From the NCBI GenBank assembly GCA_951406725.2, contig OX597833.1:33542001-33606000 (forward strand): a stretch of 64,000 bases of DNA, given 5' to 3'. Both the position numbers and the translations under genes were made by a program. Each line of letters opens with the position of its first letter. Position 1 is the first letter of the stretch. Positions 1-12,539 of the stretch are shown in pieces. This DNA is from Octopus vulgaris. Lineage: Eukaryota. Below the pieces are notes generated by a model. The model searched no databases. It saw only the letters and a list, made by a program, of their open reading frames with translations, and was not told the DNA's origin.

Positions 1-687
1 CAACTTTTACACAATTTGAAAACATGCTTTTTAGGTTAGTTTATGACTAGGTCCTTATAGATGATACGTCCCCAAGCTGAAGCTTATTTAGCATATGCTT
101 AAACCCGGTATTAGTGATACCATTAGGTTTATTTGAACAGAACTGATTGAATACTAACAAATAAAATTGTCCTTTCAACACGCGTAAGACTTCAATGGTT
201 CATTGGGTCATTCCTGCAAGGTTCTTTCTTCGATGTAGTGCAACGGACTTGCAAAGTAAGCTGACCTGACGACTTACCCTCATTCCATTAAACAGATTAA
301 ACGTTATTGATGTTGCTGTTACTGCTGTATGGGATCAAGTCAACCCTGGTCAAATTGGTAGGACTGCTGGATCATCGGGAAAATGGTTTTGCGATATTAA
401 ATTAGGTTTGAGTTCAAATATCTCCAAGTCTACAACTTGGATTTCCTTCCTTCTGGGGTCCATAAAATATAATACCAGTCAAGAATAGGATATAGTATAA
501 GTATTCTCATAAAACTACCCGAGATGTGAATGACATTATAATAGAAATCTAAATAGACCGCTGATAAGTAGGTGATTCATTTATTTTGAAGACGGCAGAG
601 CAAAAATCAAGGCATTTGGTTGATAATTATATCAGGTCTACTGAATACGCAGAGACTCTTTCGTTGTATTTTAGGGATTGCTTAAGT

Positions 688-1005
688 CAATGGTTCTAAA
701 ATAACCTTTTACGTAAGGGATCACTGGAGATCGAGTTAAAAATTACTGTCCACTTCGAATGGCAATTTAAGAGTGACTTGCATTCTTCGCCTGGTAAGCT
801 TTAAAATATAACCGTTTTAAAATTAAATAAATTAGAAAAAAAATAAAGAAAACTATTCTTCATCTTGTTTTATCAATTATACTTATGTATAACGAACTTT
901 TCATGGCACACAGCTATTAGAGTTTATTTACTAAAGATTCTATATTTTTAAAAACCCGCAAGCACACCTAGATATCTCTTGCGACGCGCCATTTAAGAAC
1001 CGTTG
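688..1005. mobile_element. hAT/Charlie-like MITE, degenerate
   Basis: Imperfect terminal inverted repeats CAATGGTTCTAAA (688) and TTAAGAACCGTTG (ending 1005), resembling CAGTGGTTCTCAA ends; flanks GCTTAAGT and CTCTAAGG only weakly similar. Confidence 0.45.
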
Positions 1006-2189
1006 CTCTAAGGTGTAATTAAGAGTGAAAACAGGTGAAAGAGGCTGTTGGATTTTATTGCTATCTTTTTTTTAAATGTTTTTGTATTCATCTCCTTTTG
1101 TAAAAGTGGGAAGTTATCAAAGACATTAGGGCATTGGATAGAATACTCTTCGACATTTGTTCTGGCTGTTGGCACTCTGAAATCAAATCCTGCCGAGGTC
1201 AGTCTTTTACCTTTCATCCTTCCAGAGTCGATAAAAGGAAATAACCAGTCCAATTCGGCAGATTAATTGAATTATTAGTGTTTGATGAGATACTTTATGG
1301 TATCTGTTCCGGCTCTATGCGATCTAGGTTCAAATTCCATTTAGGCACTAATGGCTTGGGTTAATCACAACCGCATAAGCATCTCGTTGATCCTGCTGTT
1401 GGTGAGTGACACGGTAGACCTACAACCAGTATAGATAGCTAAACCAACAATGGTATGCTGAGGCTTTCATCCAGTAGTAATGGATCGTCAGTTGAATGAA
1501 TAGATTGGATTGTAAAGGAGCGATAGGGTGGCAGAACGAGTGGAGCATCGGCTAAATAATCCTGTTGTAGGTAGTTGAGTTCAAATCTTGTTTAGATTAA
1601 CTTTGTGTTTCACCCCTCGGGCTCGATAAAATAAATACCAATTAAAACACCGATTAATCGATTTAATCGATTGTTTCTTCCTTCAATAATTTTATAGTTT
1701 TCTGCTGACTATAGATCTCAATAACAGTCATTATATAACCATCTCAAGGACGTTGAGATTGGTTCAGCGTTGGCAAAAAATACCTTGTAGTATCTAGTTG
1801 CGCTTTGAATTCAGATTCCACAGAGGTCGATTGAGATGGCATTAAAGTAAAATACCAGTGAAGACTGACCTCTCACCTCCACCACCCTCCAAAACAATAT
1901 GTAACCGTTTATCTATGTTAGAAATCACTATATACCACCATCATCTCCACTGTCACTGCTACCAGCCCCGCCACCACCATCATGTTGCCACTACTACTAC
2001 TACTACCACTATTACCTCTATCAATATTACAGTCACACCTTTGCACTACCATCATCAATACCACCACACCACTACTACCCTTACCATCGCCCCTACCACC
2101 ATCGCATTACCACACCTACAACATCCACTCTTCACTATCTGCCTGTTATAGGAAACTTTTCACACCCATACCATCGGTACCATCGCATG

Positions 2190-2415
2190 AATATTGGTTT
2201 CAAATTTTTGCTCAAGGCCAGCAATTTCGGTGAAAGAGGCTAGTCGGTTACATCGACCCCATTTCTTCAAGTGATACTTATTTTATCGACCTCGAAAGGA
2301 TGAAAGGTGAAGTCGACCTCGGTAGAATTTGAACTCAGAACGTTAAGTCGGAAGAAATGCCACTAAGCAATTTTTTTTATTCCGGCGCGGTAACAATTCT
2401 ACCATCTCACCGCTT
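2190..2415 (-). mobile_element. tRNA-derived SINE family A (~230 bp)
   Basis: Reverse complement has B-box GAGTTCAAATTC then CGAGGTCGACTTCACCTTTCATCCTTTCGAGGTCGATAAAATAAGTA; about 20 related copies in the window. Confidence 0.85.
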
Positions 2416-2857
2416 TCCATCTCATAAATATTACTATATCTACCTGAAACCATCGTCTCTGTGTCATAATAAATAACTAATAACTGATGCCATCAATCCC
2501 TTATATCATGTCTTTACCAACTGTCATACTAACACACCCACGCCCACAAGCCAAGATATACCATCACTACTACATCCCACCATAACTACCATCCACTCTG
2601 CTTTCCCAGCTACCATCCACCATGCTATCATAGCCACCTGCCTCCTACCATCATACATGTTTTACTGAATGTGAGATGGATTAAGAAAAAAAAAGTGGGG
2701 TAAAAATCGCTCATCTGAAAGAATGAAGATAAATGAGACTGAAACCAGATATAGATATCGTATAGTATAGTACCGTATCGTGGAACTAATGTTAGACTTG
2801 GGTGGTAAAACACTTGGAAACTTCACGATACGGTACTATACTATACAATATCTATAT

Positions 2858-3165
2858 CTTGTTTCAGTCATTAGACTGCGGCCATGCTGGGGCACCGCAC
2901 TGAAGAATTTTAGTCGAATGAATCGACCCTAGTACTTCGCTTTTGTATTTATTTTAAACCTGGTACATGTTCTATTGGTTGATTTTGCCGAACCACTAAG
3001 TTACAGGGACGCAAATACACCAATAGCAGTTTCATGTAGTGGTGGGGAATAAACACAAACACACACACACACACATATAAACCAACATGTCACGCAGAGG
3101 GACTGAACCCGGAACCATGTGGCTGAGCAGCAAATTTCTTGCCACAAAACCACGCCTGCGCCTAT
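2858..3165 (-). mobile_element. tRNA-derived SINE family B, internally deleted copy
   Basis: Head GGCGCAGGCGTGG...CGGGTTCAGTCCC and tail CAGCATGGCCGCAGTC..ATGACTGAAACAAG match copies at 20458 and 25506. Confidence 0.85.
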
Positions 3166-3545
3166 ACTATACTATATTATACTATACCATAGTAAAACAT
3201 TAGTATAGTATAGTAAAGCATTAGAATCCGACGAACTATTCTATATAATACTACATTATCTTTATACCACACTACACGAAATACTGCTCTACAGTATACT
3301 ATTATAGTAAAGCCGTAGCATCCCAGGAAACTATTCTATTCTACAGTACATTACACTACACTACACTACACTGCACTACATTACACTGCGCTACACTATT
3401 CTACGCTACACTACTCTACGCTATAGTAAAATATCGAACTATACTGTAGTATACTAAACTATTACACTATACTATAGTAAAACAGTAGAATCAAAAAAGA
3501 CTACACCAAGCTACATTGTACTAGACTAGACTATAGATAGTTAAA
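3165..3545 (+). repeat. Degenerate (ACTAT/ACTAC)n minisatellite with recurring ATAGTAAAAC unit; continues at 4812-4925
   Basis: Repeated ATAGTAAA(A/G)C and (CTACA)n on both sides of the mariner. Confidence 0.7.
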
Positions 3546-3556
3546 CCTGTGTTATA

Positions 3557-4809
3557 TCAGGTTAAGTAAAAAGTAAGCAACATTTTGAACCATGCAGAAT
3601 TTGTACCAGACTTTTGCAGAGTTTTGAATTTTTTAAAAACATTTTTCTGCAAGACTTGCCGAAATGCATCAATAAATTAACATTGATATTTTTTCATCGT
3701 TGTTACAATCATCTGGAATGGGACGGTCGAAGTGCGATATTCCAGCAATTTTGCTGTTCAACTTCAAAAAAAATAAAAAAGACGTAAAGCAGCTGAAACT
3801 GCTTGCGATATCAACGAAACGTTTGGTGAGGAAATGATCAGTGAGTGGTCAGCTCAAAAATGGTTTAAGCGATTTCGCAATGGGAACCTGAGCCTTGAAG
3901 ATCACGAGCTCATCTGGACGCCCGTCTGTCATCGATGACGGTTAATTAAAGACCGTCATTGAGAAAGATCCTCGTAAAAGCACTCGAGAACTGGCAAAAA
4001 AAACTTCAAATTAGCTAGTAAACTGCCTGTAACCATTTGCATGCGATTGGAAAATTTTTAAAAAGTCGACACGATTTGAATCAAAATCAGAAAATGCGCA
4101 GATATGAAATTTGCTCGTCGCTTCTTCTCCGTAAGCAGACCTATATATTTTTCGACTGTATAGTAACTCGCGATGAAAAGTGGATACTGTACAATAATAA
4201 AAAAATGTTCTTCACAGTGCCTGGACCAAAATGAAGCACCGGAAACCTTCCCTAAACCCGAGCTCTTCAAAAAGAAGGTTATGATGACTGTTTGGTGGTG
4301 TACTGTTGGACTCATCCACTATAACTTCTTAAAACCCCGAAAAACCTTTACTGCAGAAACATATTGCCATGAAATAACCAAAATCAGCGAAAAACTGTTG
4401 ACCGTCCCAGACTGATCAACAGAAGATGGCCAATCATTCTTCATGACAATGCTCGACCACACGTTTCACTAATGACGCTCCAGAAGTTGAGGAGACTTGG
4501 CTACGAAGTTCTTCCCCAACCAGCTTATTCCCCAGACCTTTTTCTTACCGACTACCACTTTTCAAGCACCTTGATGGTTTCCTGCGAGAGGAGTTCAAAA
4601 ATCAAACATGCTGAAAGTGCTTTCAAAGAGTTCATCAGCTCCAGAATTCCAGATTTTTCTGTTATCGGAATAAACAAACTTGTAACTCATTGGCAAAAAT
4701 GTGTTGATTGTAATGGAACTTACTTTGATGAATGAAATTTCCGCATTGTTGAAATATATTGTAGTGGATTTCATGTTTCAAAAGGTCGCTTGCTTTTTAC
4801 TCATCCTGA
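3557..4809 (+). mobile_element. Mariner (DD34D) transposon, full length, defective
   Basis: TIR TCAGGTTAAGTAAAAAGTAAGCAACATTTTGAA matches reverse complement of right end TCAGGATGAGTAAAAAGCAAGCGACCTTTTGAA; TA at 3555-3556 and 4810-4811; about 1.25 kb. Confidence 0.95.
3718..4735 (+). pseudogene. Mariner transposase, frameshifted
   Basis: Motifs [38 protein letters not shown] and [14 protein letters not shown] spread over several frames. Confidence 0.93.
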
Positions 4810-4999
4810 TACTATACTTATAAACTACATTACACTTATACTATAGTAAAACAGCAAAACCCGTCAAATCTAGGCTTCTCAACACTGCACTATATTATAG
4901 TAAAACAGTAGACTCTGAGGAACCAGTGGAATGAATTTAGTCGTGATATCGAGTAAATCTAACGCTGCAGGCAAAAGAACCATTTGTCATGTTTTCATC

Positions 5000-5040
5000 T
5001 CTCACTAACGAAGAGTTCATCCTGAAACGTTAGATACATC
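5000..5040 (+). ncRNA. Degenerate minimal hammerhead-like motif (Penelope pseudo-LTR remnant)
   Basis: CTAACGA-AGAG-TTCA-TCCT-GAAAC-GTT; core differs from CTGACGA at one base; AACGTT palindrome. Confidence 0.35.
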
Positions 5041-5465
5041 TCTTCTTCCTCCTGACATAAAACATTGATTCCATTGTTTGACGCTGTCTAAAATCAATAC
5101 AGAGTAATTATGACTTTGATCGTAGTCCTGCTCAACCTTAGGGCTGACTTGGAGGTGGGGTCAAACTCACAACACCATCACTAACGTAATTGCCCATAGT
5201 ACCATTATTGCCATACCTTCAACTGCTACAGTATCACCACGTCAGTCATACCATTTCTAGTACCATACCACATGTATCGCCTTAACCTTTTTATCGTTAC
5301 AATGTAATTGCTATCTGCATAATATCATCTTACTGTCCATCATACCATCGTCATACATTATCTCCTTACTACCACTGTTACAATACTACCTTCACCACCG
5401 TAAGATTGCTACCGTCATACCAGCACTGCTAGCATTAACATCACTTGCTGCTATCACATACCATG

Positions 5466-5500
<35 letters not shown>

Positions 5501-5565
5501 ATCTTTACCATCAATAACATTCAACAGAAATCTTTGATTTACCTCTGCAATTCTTGATTTCAATT

Positions 5566-5569
<4 letters not shown>

Positions 5570-5603
<34 letters not shown>

Positions 5604-5727
5604 CTCTCTCTCTTCATCTAGTTATCTATTTCCATCTCACCCTTTCTTACCTATTTTCAATCTTTCATCCTCTTTCTCATTCACTTTTCCTCTTTCCATG
5701 CATGTCTTTCTACCTACCTATCCATCC

Positions 5728-5800
<73 letters not shown>

Positions 5801-6045
5801 ACTGTATGTCTATCCGTCTGTACGTTTGTCTACCTACCTACCTACCTACCTACCTACATGCATACATACATACCCACCTATATACCTACCTACCTACCTA
5901 CCTTACCAATTTACCAATTTATCTAATTTGCTAGCTGTATGTATGTGTACATATATGTATGAATGTATGTTATGTGTGTGTATGTGTGTGCGTGCGTGCG
6001 TGCGTGCGTGAGTGAGAGTGTGTGTGTGTGTATGTGTGTGTGTGT

Positions 6046-6100
<55 letters not shown>

Positions 6101-6112
6101 TGTGTGTGTGTG
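5570..6112. repeat. Compound microsatellite block (CT)n, (CTAT)n, (CCTA)n, (GT)n
   Basis: Directly visible simple repeats. Confidence 0.95.
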
Positions 6113-6586
6113 TTCTTTACATTGTCTATTCACTGTGACAGTTTTCTCCTTTCTTTGTCCTTGTTTCTCGCTTCTCTGAATGACCTTCCGTCTGTTTTAC
6201 TCTGCAATCGTATGCATACACACACACACACACGGTAAAATACTGGACATCTTACTAAGGAACGAATATTTGTGATAACGGATTTTGTTTGTGAGACAAT
6301 TGACACCTTTCTCTTGCAATGCTCTTTTTTTCTTTTTGTTTTTCCTATTCCAGCATCAGAAATGTTTTCTTCTCCGAAACGCTTTAGCACTACAGGCCTA
6401 TCTATTTACCTTCCTTCCTACCTACTTACCCACCTTCATCGCATCTTACATATATATGTGACTCAAAAGACCGGCTTCAGTGATGCGACATTGCTAATCA
6501 TTTTCTTTCTTCTTCGTAAATATTTGAAACTAGGGGCGCTGTACTTATAGCTGTTTTACAAATTTTTCTAATGGCGGGAACGAGGA

Positions 6587-6634
<48 letters not shown>

Positions 6635-7249
6635 GACAGACAGACAGACAGACAGATAAAGACAGGTAAAAAGAGATACAAAGAGCCAGTGTTACAGAGA
6701 AAGGCCAACAGATTCCTGTTGTTGACGATTAAAGGTTATTGTTTTTTTTTTTTTTTAAATCACCTGAAGGAAAAGATTGAATTTCTGAGTAAATAAGAAG
6801 GGTTTCACAGTGTCTATTTAGTTGGTGCTGAATAGATACTTCGTTAAACACAAATTGCTGGAAGGTTGTTGCATTCGTTGATTAGCCCTATGTCAGCTCT
6901 GATGAAGCAGATTTATGATCAAAAGTATTCCAGCCGTGATCAATCCGCTCATTTTGTTTTGTTTTGTTTTGTTTTCCGGCATAATAAATTCAAATTTTCC
7001 TGCCCGGCCTGTAATTGGGAAATAGAGACCCGCATTAAGTAAATTTACGTTAAATAAGTTCGGTATAAGTAGGGACTGTTACAATATCAGCCAACTGACG
7101 AAAGGAGGGACACAGATCATCGAAATAACCGAAGAACGTTGCTGCTGTTATTGTTGTTGTTTAATTCCAGATCAATTCTGATCGCGCATTACATCCATAA
7201 CTAGCCGCACCTTTTTTTGATGGAGGGTAACATCAAGAATTTTAATAAA

Positions 7250-7462
7250 GCAGTGAGCTGGCAGAATCGTTAGGATGCCAGGCAAAATGTTTAGCGGCAT
7301 TTTGTCCGTCTTTACGTTCTGAGTTCAAATTCCGCCGAGGTCGACTTTGCCTTTCATCCTTTTAGGGTCGATAAAATAAGTACCAGTTGAGTATTAGAGT
7401 TGATGTAATCGATTTACCCCTCCCCCGAAATTGCTGGCCTTGAGCCAAAATTTGAAATCAAT
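7250..7462 (+). mobile_element. SINE family A, near full length
   Basis: A-box-like GAGCTGGCAGAATCGTTAG, B-box GAGTTCAAATTCC and family body. Confidence 0.9.
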
Positions 7463-8504
7463 ATCTAGGTTTCTATTATTTGTGTCCTTCCCTTTTTGAA
7501 GTCTGTAGAGTGTGATTTGAAAGGCAATTACCAGCTATTTTGGGCAAGTTAAGCGATCACATGGAGGTTCCTTGTTTGTCGATTGTAAGATTATTGTTAA
7601 AAGATAGTTTATCTGTCACACCGATCCTTAGCAACGCACCTCTTTTGTTGACCTGAACATACGTTGTCATCGTTCACCATCATTGTTGCCGTCGTTATTT
7701 TGCGCCATGTCAATCCTGATTGAAGCCTTTCTAACTGTGACAACATGTTTTTCTTTTCTTTTCTTTTTTTTTAGGGCTACATCCATGAGTATTTTTCCTT
7801 TATTTAAAACGATAGAGTGCGTCGTATTCACAAAATTGTAATTGTTGTAGTGCTAGTAAAGATAGTTACGACACTTTATGTCCTGAATTCAAATCCAACT
7901 GAGGTCAACTTTACCATTCATCCTTATGGATTCAATAAGATACACTGCCCATCAAGTACTGCTATCGATTTAATTTATCTATAAAGCGTCCTATATTTGA
8001 ACGAAACTATAATAGAAAATCAAGTCAGACAGATTTGAATGCTATTTCTTGCAAGTCGAGCGCCGACATACACAAGTTAGCTGGTTATAATGTTTGGCGA
8101 GCAAGATGAGTGCACTATTACAAGTGTGTGAGTCGTACTTTAAAGAACAGGTCACTCTCGAACTTCTCAAAAGACAAGAATCTGTTCGGAGCTAATATCC
8201 ACAAACTATTTTGTGTTCTGGCTTTTGTGTGAAGGAAACTTAGCATATATGATGTAATCGTGCAAATCTGGCAATTACATAACCAGATTTAATGTAGTCA
8301 TTTAACCGCTGTTCAACGCTGATCGATTAAACCGAAGTAATTCTAGTCGTAACAATCTCATCTTTATTTAGCCACAGTCTATCGAAGACTCTTTCATGAG
8401 ATGTGCCTTTTTTTTAAAAGAAGGCAGGGTGTAACTTCAGGTAGTTTTAATTGCTATTCTTAGCGGTGCGAACACCAAGTAGAGGCTCTATCAATTCAGC
8501 ATCA

Positions 8505-8671
8505 GTATGTGTGTGTGTGTATGTGTATGTGCGCGTGTGTGTGTACACATACACACACATACACGAACGCAACTGCGTGCACACACACATACACACGCAC
8601 GCACGCATACACACACACGCACACACACACATATATACACACATATATGTGTATATATATTTGTATGTATA

Positions 8672-8713
<42 letters not shown>

Positions 8714-8816
8714 CACACACATACATATATATGTATATTTTTGCATGTATGTACATACATACATGCATGCATACATACATACATACATACATACATACAT
8801 ACATACATACATACAT
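8505..8816. repeat. Compound microsatellite (GT)n/(CA)n/(TA)n/(TACA)n
   Basis: Directly visible. Confidence 0.95.
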
Positions 8817-9245
8817 AGAATAAAAGAAAGATAGTGCTTGTATGAGGAGGAGGAGGGGGAGGAGAGAGAGAGCAGAGTTATTGATAGGTAGAAAAAGAGA
8901 GAAAGCAATCATATGTACGCACACACTCGCACATACTTATGTATGTGTGCGTGTGTGTACATGTGATTCCAAGAGGCATAAACGGCGTATAGTGTTTCTA
9001 CACAGATGTAAATGGCTGACAGCTTGCAGCTTGTTGATTGACCTTTCGCTTAGGAGGGAAACAGACTGATCAACTGTTCGATTCTGTGGCTGCCTCCTAA
9101 ATGTAATAACCAGCTTCGAGGTCGTTTGTATGACTTCGTATATTAGAGTACATTAGGGTTTTGCTGTGGTTTCTCTTGCGGACATTTTTGACAAGTTAAT
9201 GGCAACGATGAGATTGGCGTCGTCGTCAGTGCAGCTGTTGCCCAC

Positions 9246-9304
<59 letters not shown>

Positions 9305-9554
9305 TGAGTGTGTGTGTGTGCGTGTGTGTGTGCGTTGTAGACGCATATCGATATATGTGTATATATGTTTAAATGTGTATATGTAGGTATGGTGGGCATA
9401 TATTTGGATACCTGTATATGTGTTTCTGTAGAGTTCTGAGTTCTGCGGAACTGCGTTGAAAGTCACTATCAATACTTATAATACATATAAACACACGCAC
9501 ATATCCATACAACCATCCATCTATTCATACATACATGCACACAGGTATACACAG

Positions 9555-9609
<55 letters not shown>

Positions 9610-10456
9610 TGCAGTACACCTGAAATAAGCTATGAAAGTGACCAACAGTTTATCAATAAACAATTTTGAATCTGGCAATGATGATTTTTATCAGATACGA
9701 CATTATGCCCATGATCGTTGTTACATACTTTCAGTACGCAACAACGATCAAGAGAGTCAACACGCCACTACCATCACTTCAATCAGAAAATGTGACCGTT
9801 TTGAAACAATACTCCAAATTAAATGTAATGAACTATGAAGAAAATACAAATTTTGAATAAATAAAATAAAAAACCAAAACCATTAAACTCGAACATGTTT
9901 GAAAGAAAAGTTGTTTCCAACATATATGAATGCGAAGCGTAGCAACTCACGCAGCTTTGCATAAATGCTATTCCATTCACTTAACGGTATTGAATAGTTT
10001 TCGCTTCATTGCAATTCACACCAATTTGGATGCACAGTCTCCTATAATGTGCGTGCGTGCGTGCGCGTATGTTTGTCGTTCACCGCATTGTTGTACGTGA
10101 AAGTGACTAGAAGTGTTTATATACTGGACTTTTGAATGTTGACATTTCAACCTCTGAGTTTCGGCAATTACAATTCTAAATCGGAATTTATTCTATGTAT
10201 TAATAGTTAAGAGTAGAAATCTCTTATCAAATATGCGGACTTCATAATATCAAACTTTGAGAGGAATGCGCAAGTGTTAAAGTATCACTACTCCATCTGC
10301 ATTAATGAGGTAGTTTTGAATTTCGATAGGTTGTAGCTTGTGCGTGTTTTATAAAGTACTGTTGTTGCACATCCGTCTCTTGTGATGTAAGCTGTTGATA
10401 GCCGAAACCAGAAATGTCCTACACAATGTGTGATTTTTTACATCAGACCTCTAGAT

Positions 10457-10600
10457 CAAGTATGGGCAACGTTTCTCATGAGGTGGAGCGCATGAGACAT
10501 GACACATCTAATGGTGGACTACACGACAAAAAAATTCAAGATAATTTTTCGTTGGTGTGCTATTCAAAAAGTTCTGCGGGCCGCAGTTTGCCCATGACTG
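10457..10600. mobile_element. hAT/Charlie-like MITE
   Basis: Ends CAAGTATGGGCAAC and GTTTGCCCATGACTG; 8-bp flanks CTCTAGAT and AGCTAGAC share the Charlie-type CTAGA target. Confidence 0.6.
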
Positions 10601-10813
10601 AGCTAGACAGTGTGTAGCAGGATGAAAGTACTGATACAAAGATGTGAAAGTACTGATACAAAGATACAAAGATTGACTAACATAGGAGGTATAAGAGGTG
10701 TAGATATTATTTAAGCAGCAGTAGAATAAATATATTCACCTCTCATGCATACATGCATGCATACATACATACATACATGCATACGTACGTACGTACATAC
10801 GTACATACATACA

Positions 10814-10844
<31 letters not shown>

Positions 10845-10845
10845 C

Positions 10846-11543
10846 CAGAGGCGACTCCACGTCATTGGCGTCACTTGGGCTCATCACAGCTGTCGCATAA
10901 GACATGCCTGCTCGAAGAATTTCACGTTTTTCCGCTTTATTCCTATTCCCAAATGGCTTATATTTTATATCTAGCACTATGTCTTTATTCATTCTGATCT
11001 TTACACACAGACGCACAGAATAACAGCAGTCAAATAACGACAGCGGAGTGCACAACAAACATCAGCGATCTGACTGTTGCCGATACTCTTGACAAAAAAT
11101 ACCAGTTAGTCTTTTACACCTACCCGGCTCGTTCGTATTAGCCCGAGTTGCTGGATAATTTTCAATCATTTAAGAATATTGTAGAAAGGAAACTTTTCAT
11201 AGATTGGCGTATAAATCCTAATCTCTATAAAAAAATAAACTGTTTCAAGAGAACATTGAATTTGAATTACTTTTAATTTTTACGAACATAGATAACAACT
11301 CGAGCTGTAACTTCTGAGCTCGAGTCAGGTGCATGTGAACAATGTCTAGAAAACGTCTGCTATGAATGATATTTTCGCTGAACGAAAATAAATGAACAGC
11401 GACCAGGCTCAATAAAAGGAGCCTCCGAGTTATTGGCTGGAATTAGTGTTGACAGAAATTAAATCAGCTTGCAAATACACGTTCATTTACTAAATTTATA
11501 CTCGGGCTAAGCCCGAGCAGCCCGAGTGCTAGAGTCGCCACTG
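10846..11543 (-). mobile_element. Non-autonomous hAT-like transposon with a transposase N-terminal remnant
   Basis: TIRs CAGAGGCGACTCCA and TAGAGTCGCCACTG; subterminal GCCCGAG repeats; minus-strand MNKDIVLDIKYKPFGNRNKAEKREILRAG resembles the start of ZnF-TTF hAT transposases. Confidence 0.65.
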
Positions 11544-12016
11544 ATATATATATATATATGCAGAGAGATACCAGACATATACGCGCGGGTGTGTGCAGAG
11601 AGAATTACACTTTTCTATATTAAGATTGTTGTTGCAGCAACTTTATGCAAGCGTTGCCATTTAATCTTAGAATTATTTAATCTTCTCCAGGTGGTTTGAT
11701 TCTTTTTCCTTTCTCTCTTTCTCTCTTTGCCTTTTTGTATATGTATGTACATATACATATATAGATAGATATATACATACATAAATATACATACATACAT
11801 ACATACATATATACATACATACATACGCTCTCTATTGCATTTTTGTTCCATTTATATATATATATATATATATTTATACATACATACATACATACATACA
11901 TACATACATACATACGCTCTCTATTGCATTTTTGTTCCATTTATATATATATATATATTTATACATACATACATACATACATACATACATACATACATAC
12001 ATACATACATACATAC

Positions 12017-12535
12017 ATACGCTCTCTATTGCGTTTTGTTCCATTGGCGTACATACACCCTTGTGCTCACCTCATGGTAGGTATGTATCTAAATTTTGTA
12101 CGACCGTTACTTTATCTTTTATTCCCCCTCTCATTTTTCTTCCCTTCTCCTCTCCCCCTCTCTCACATTTCTTTGCCCTCTTTTTCTTTAACTCCCACTA
12201 TTTCCCACTCGTTTATCTCCCTTTCACCTTCCCCTTTGTCTCTGATTTTTTTATAATCCTCCAATTCCGCTGTCCCCTACCCATCTCTTCTCTTTCCATG
12301 TGACCGGTGTCCGGCCAACCATGATCTTTCTTTCTTGGCCTGACTGCCGACCGTCAACATGTCTTGTGTCCATCTCCCATGTTCCTGCTTTAGGCTTTTA
12401 CTTCATACATGCCAGCTCAATTTGAATCGTTCTCAGTCGAAAGACGCCTGTTGTTATTTGTTATTGTTGTGTTCGTAATTGAGTACCATGTTCTCCGTTT
12501 TTTGTTTGTTTTCGTCTTTGTTGCCGTACACATTT
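12017..12535 (+). repeat. Probable Penelope-like 3' region (pyrimidine tract plus pseudo-LTR-like tail)
   Basis: Same layout as 41835-42836: CT-rich tract, GTGACC..TGTCC..CATGAT, then a TGTTTGTTTT..TTCGTC tail. Confidence 0.35.
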
Positions 12536-12539
12536 TACC

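Noticed and set aside
6700-6790. Minus-strand splice acceptor TCTTTTCCTTCAG (similar site near 9620)
   Set aside because: No coding frame or matching donor; cannot support an exon without RNA data
6895-7140. CTGATGA near 6899 and CTGACGA near 7095
   Set aside because: No stem II or correctly placed GAAA with stem III
7250-7340. tRNA genes at A/B-box sites
   Set aside because: No cloverleaf; all continue into SINE bodies
11823-12048. CRISPR-like repeat-spacer pattern
   Set aside because: Spacers are microsatellites, eukaryotic context, no cas genes
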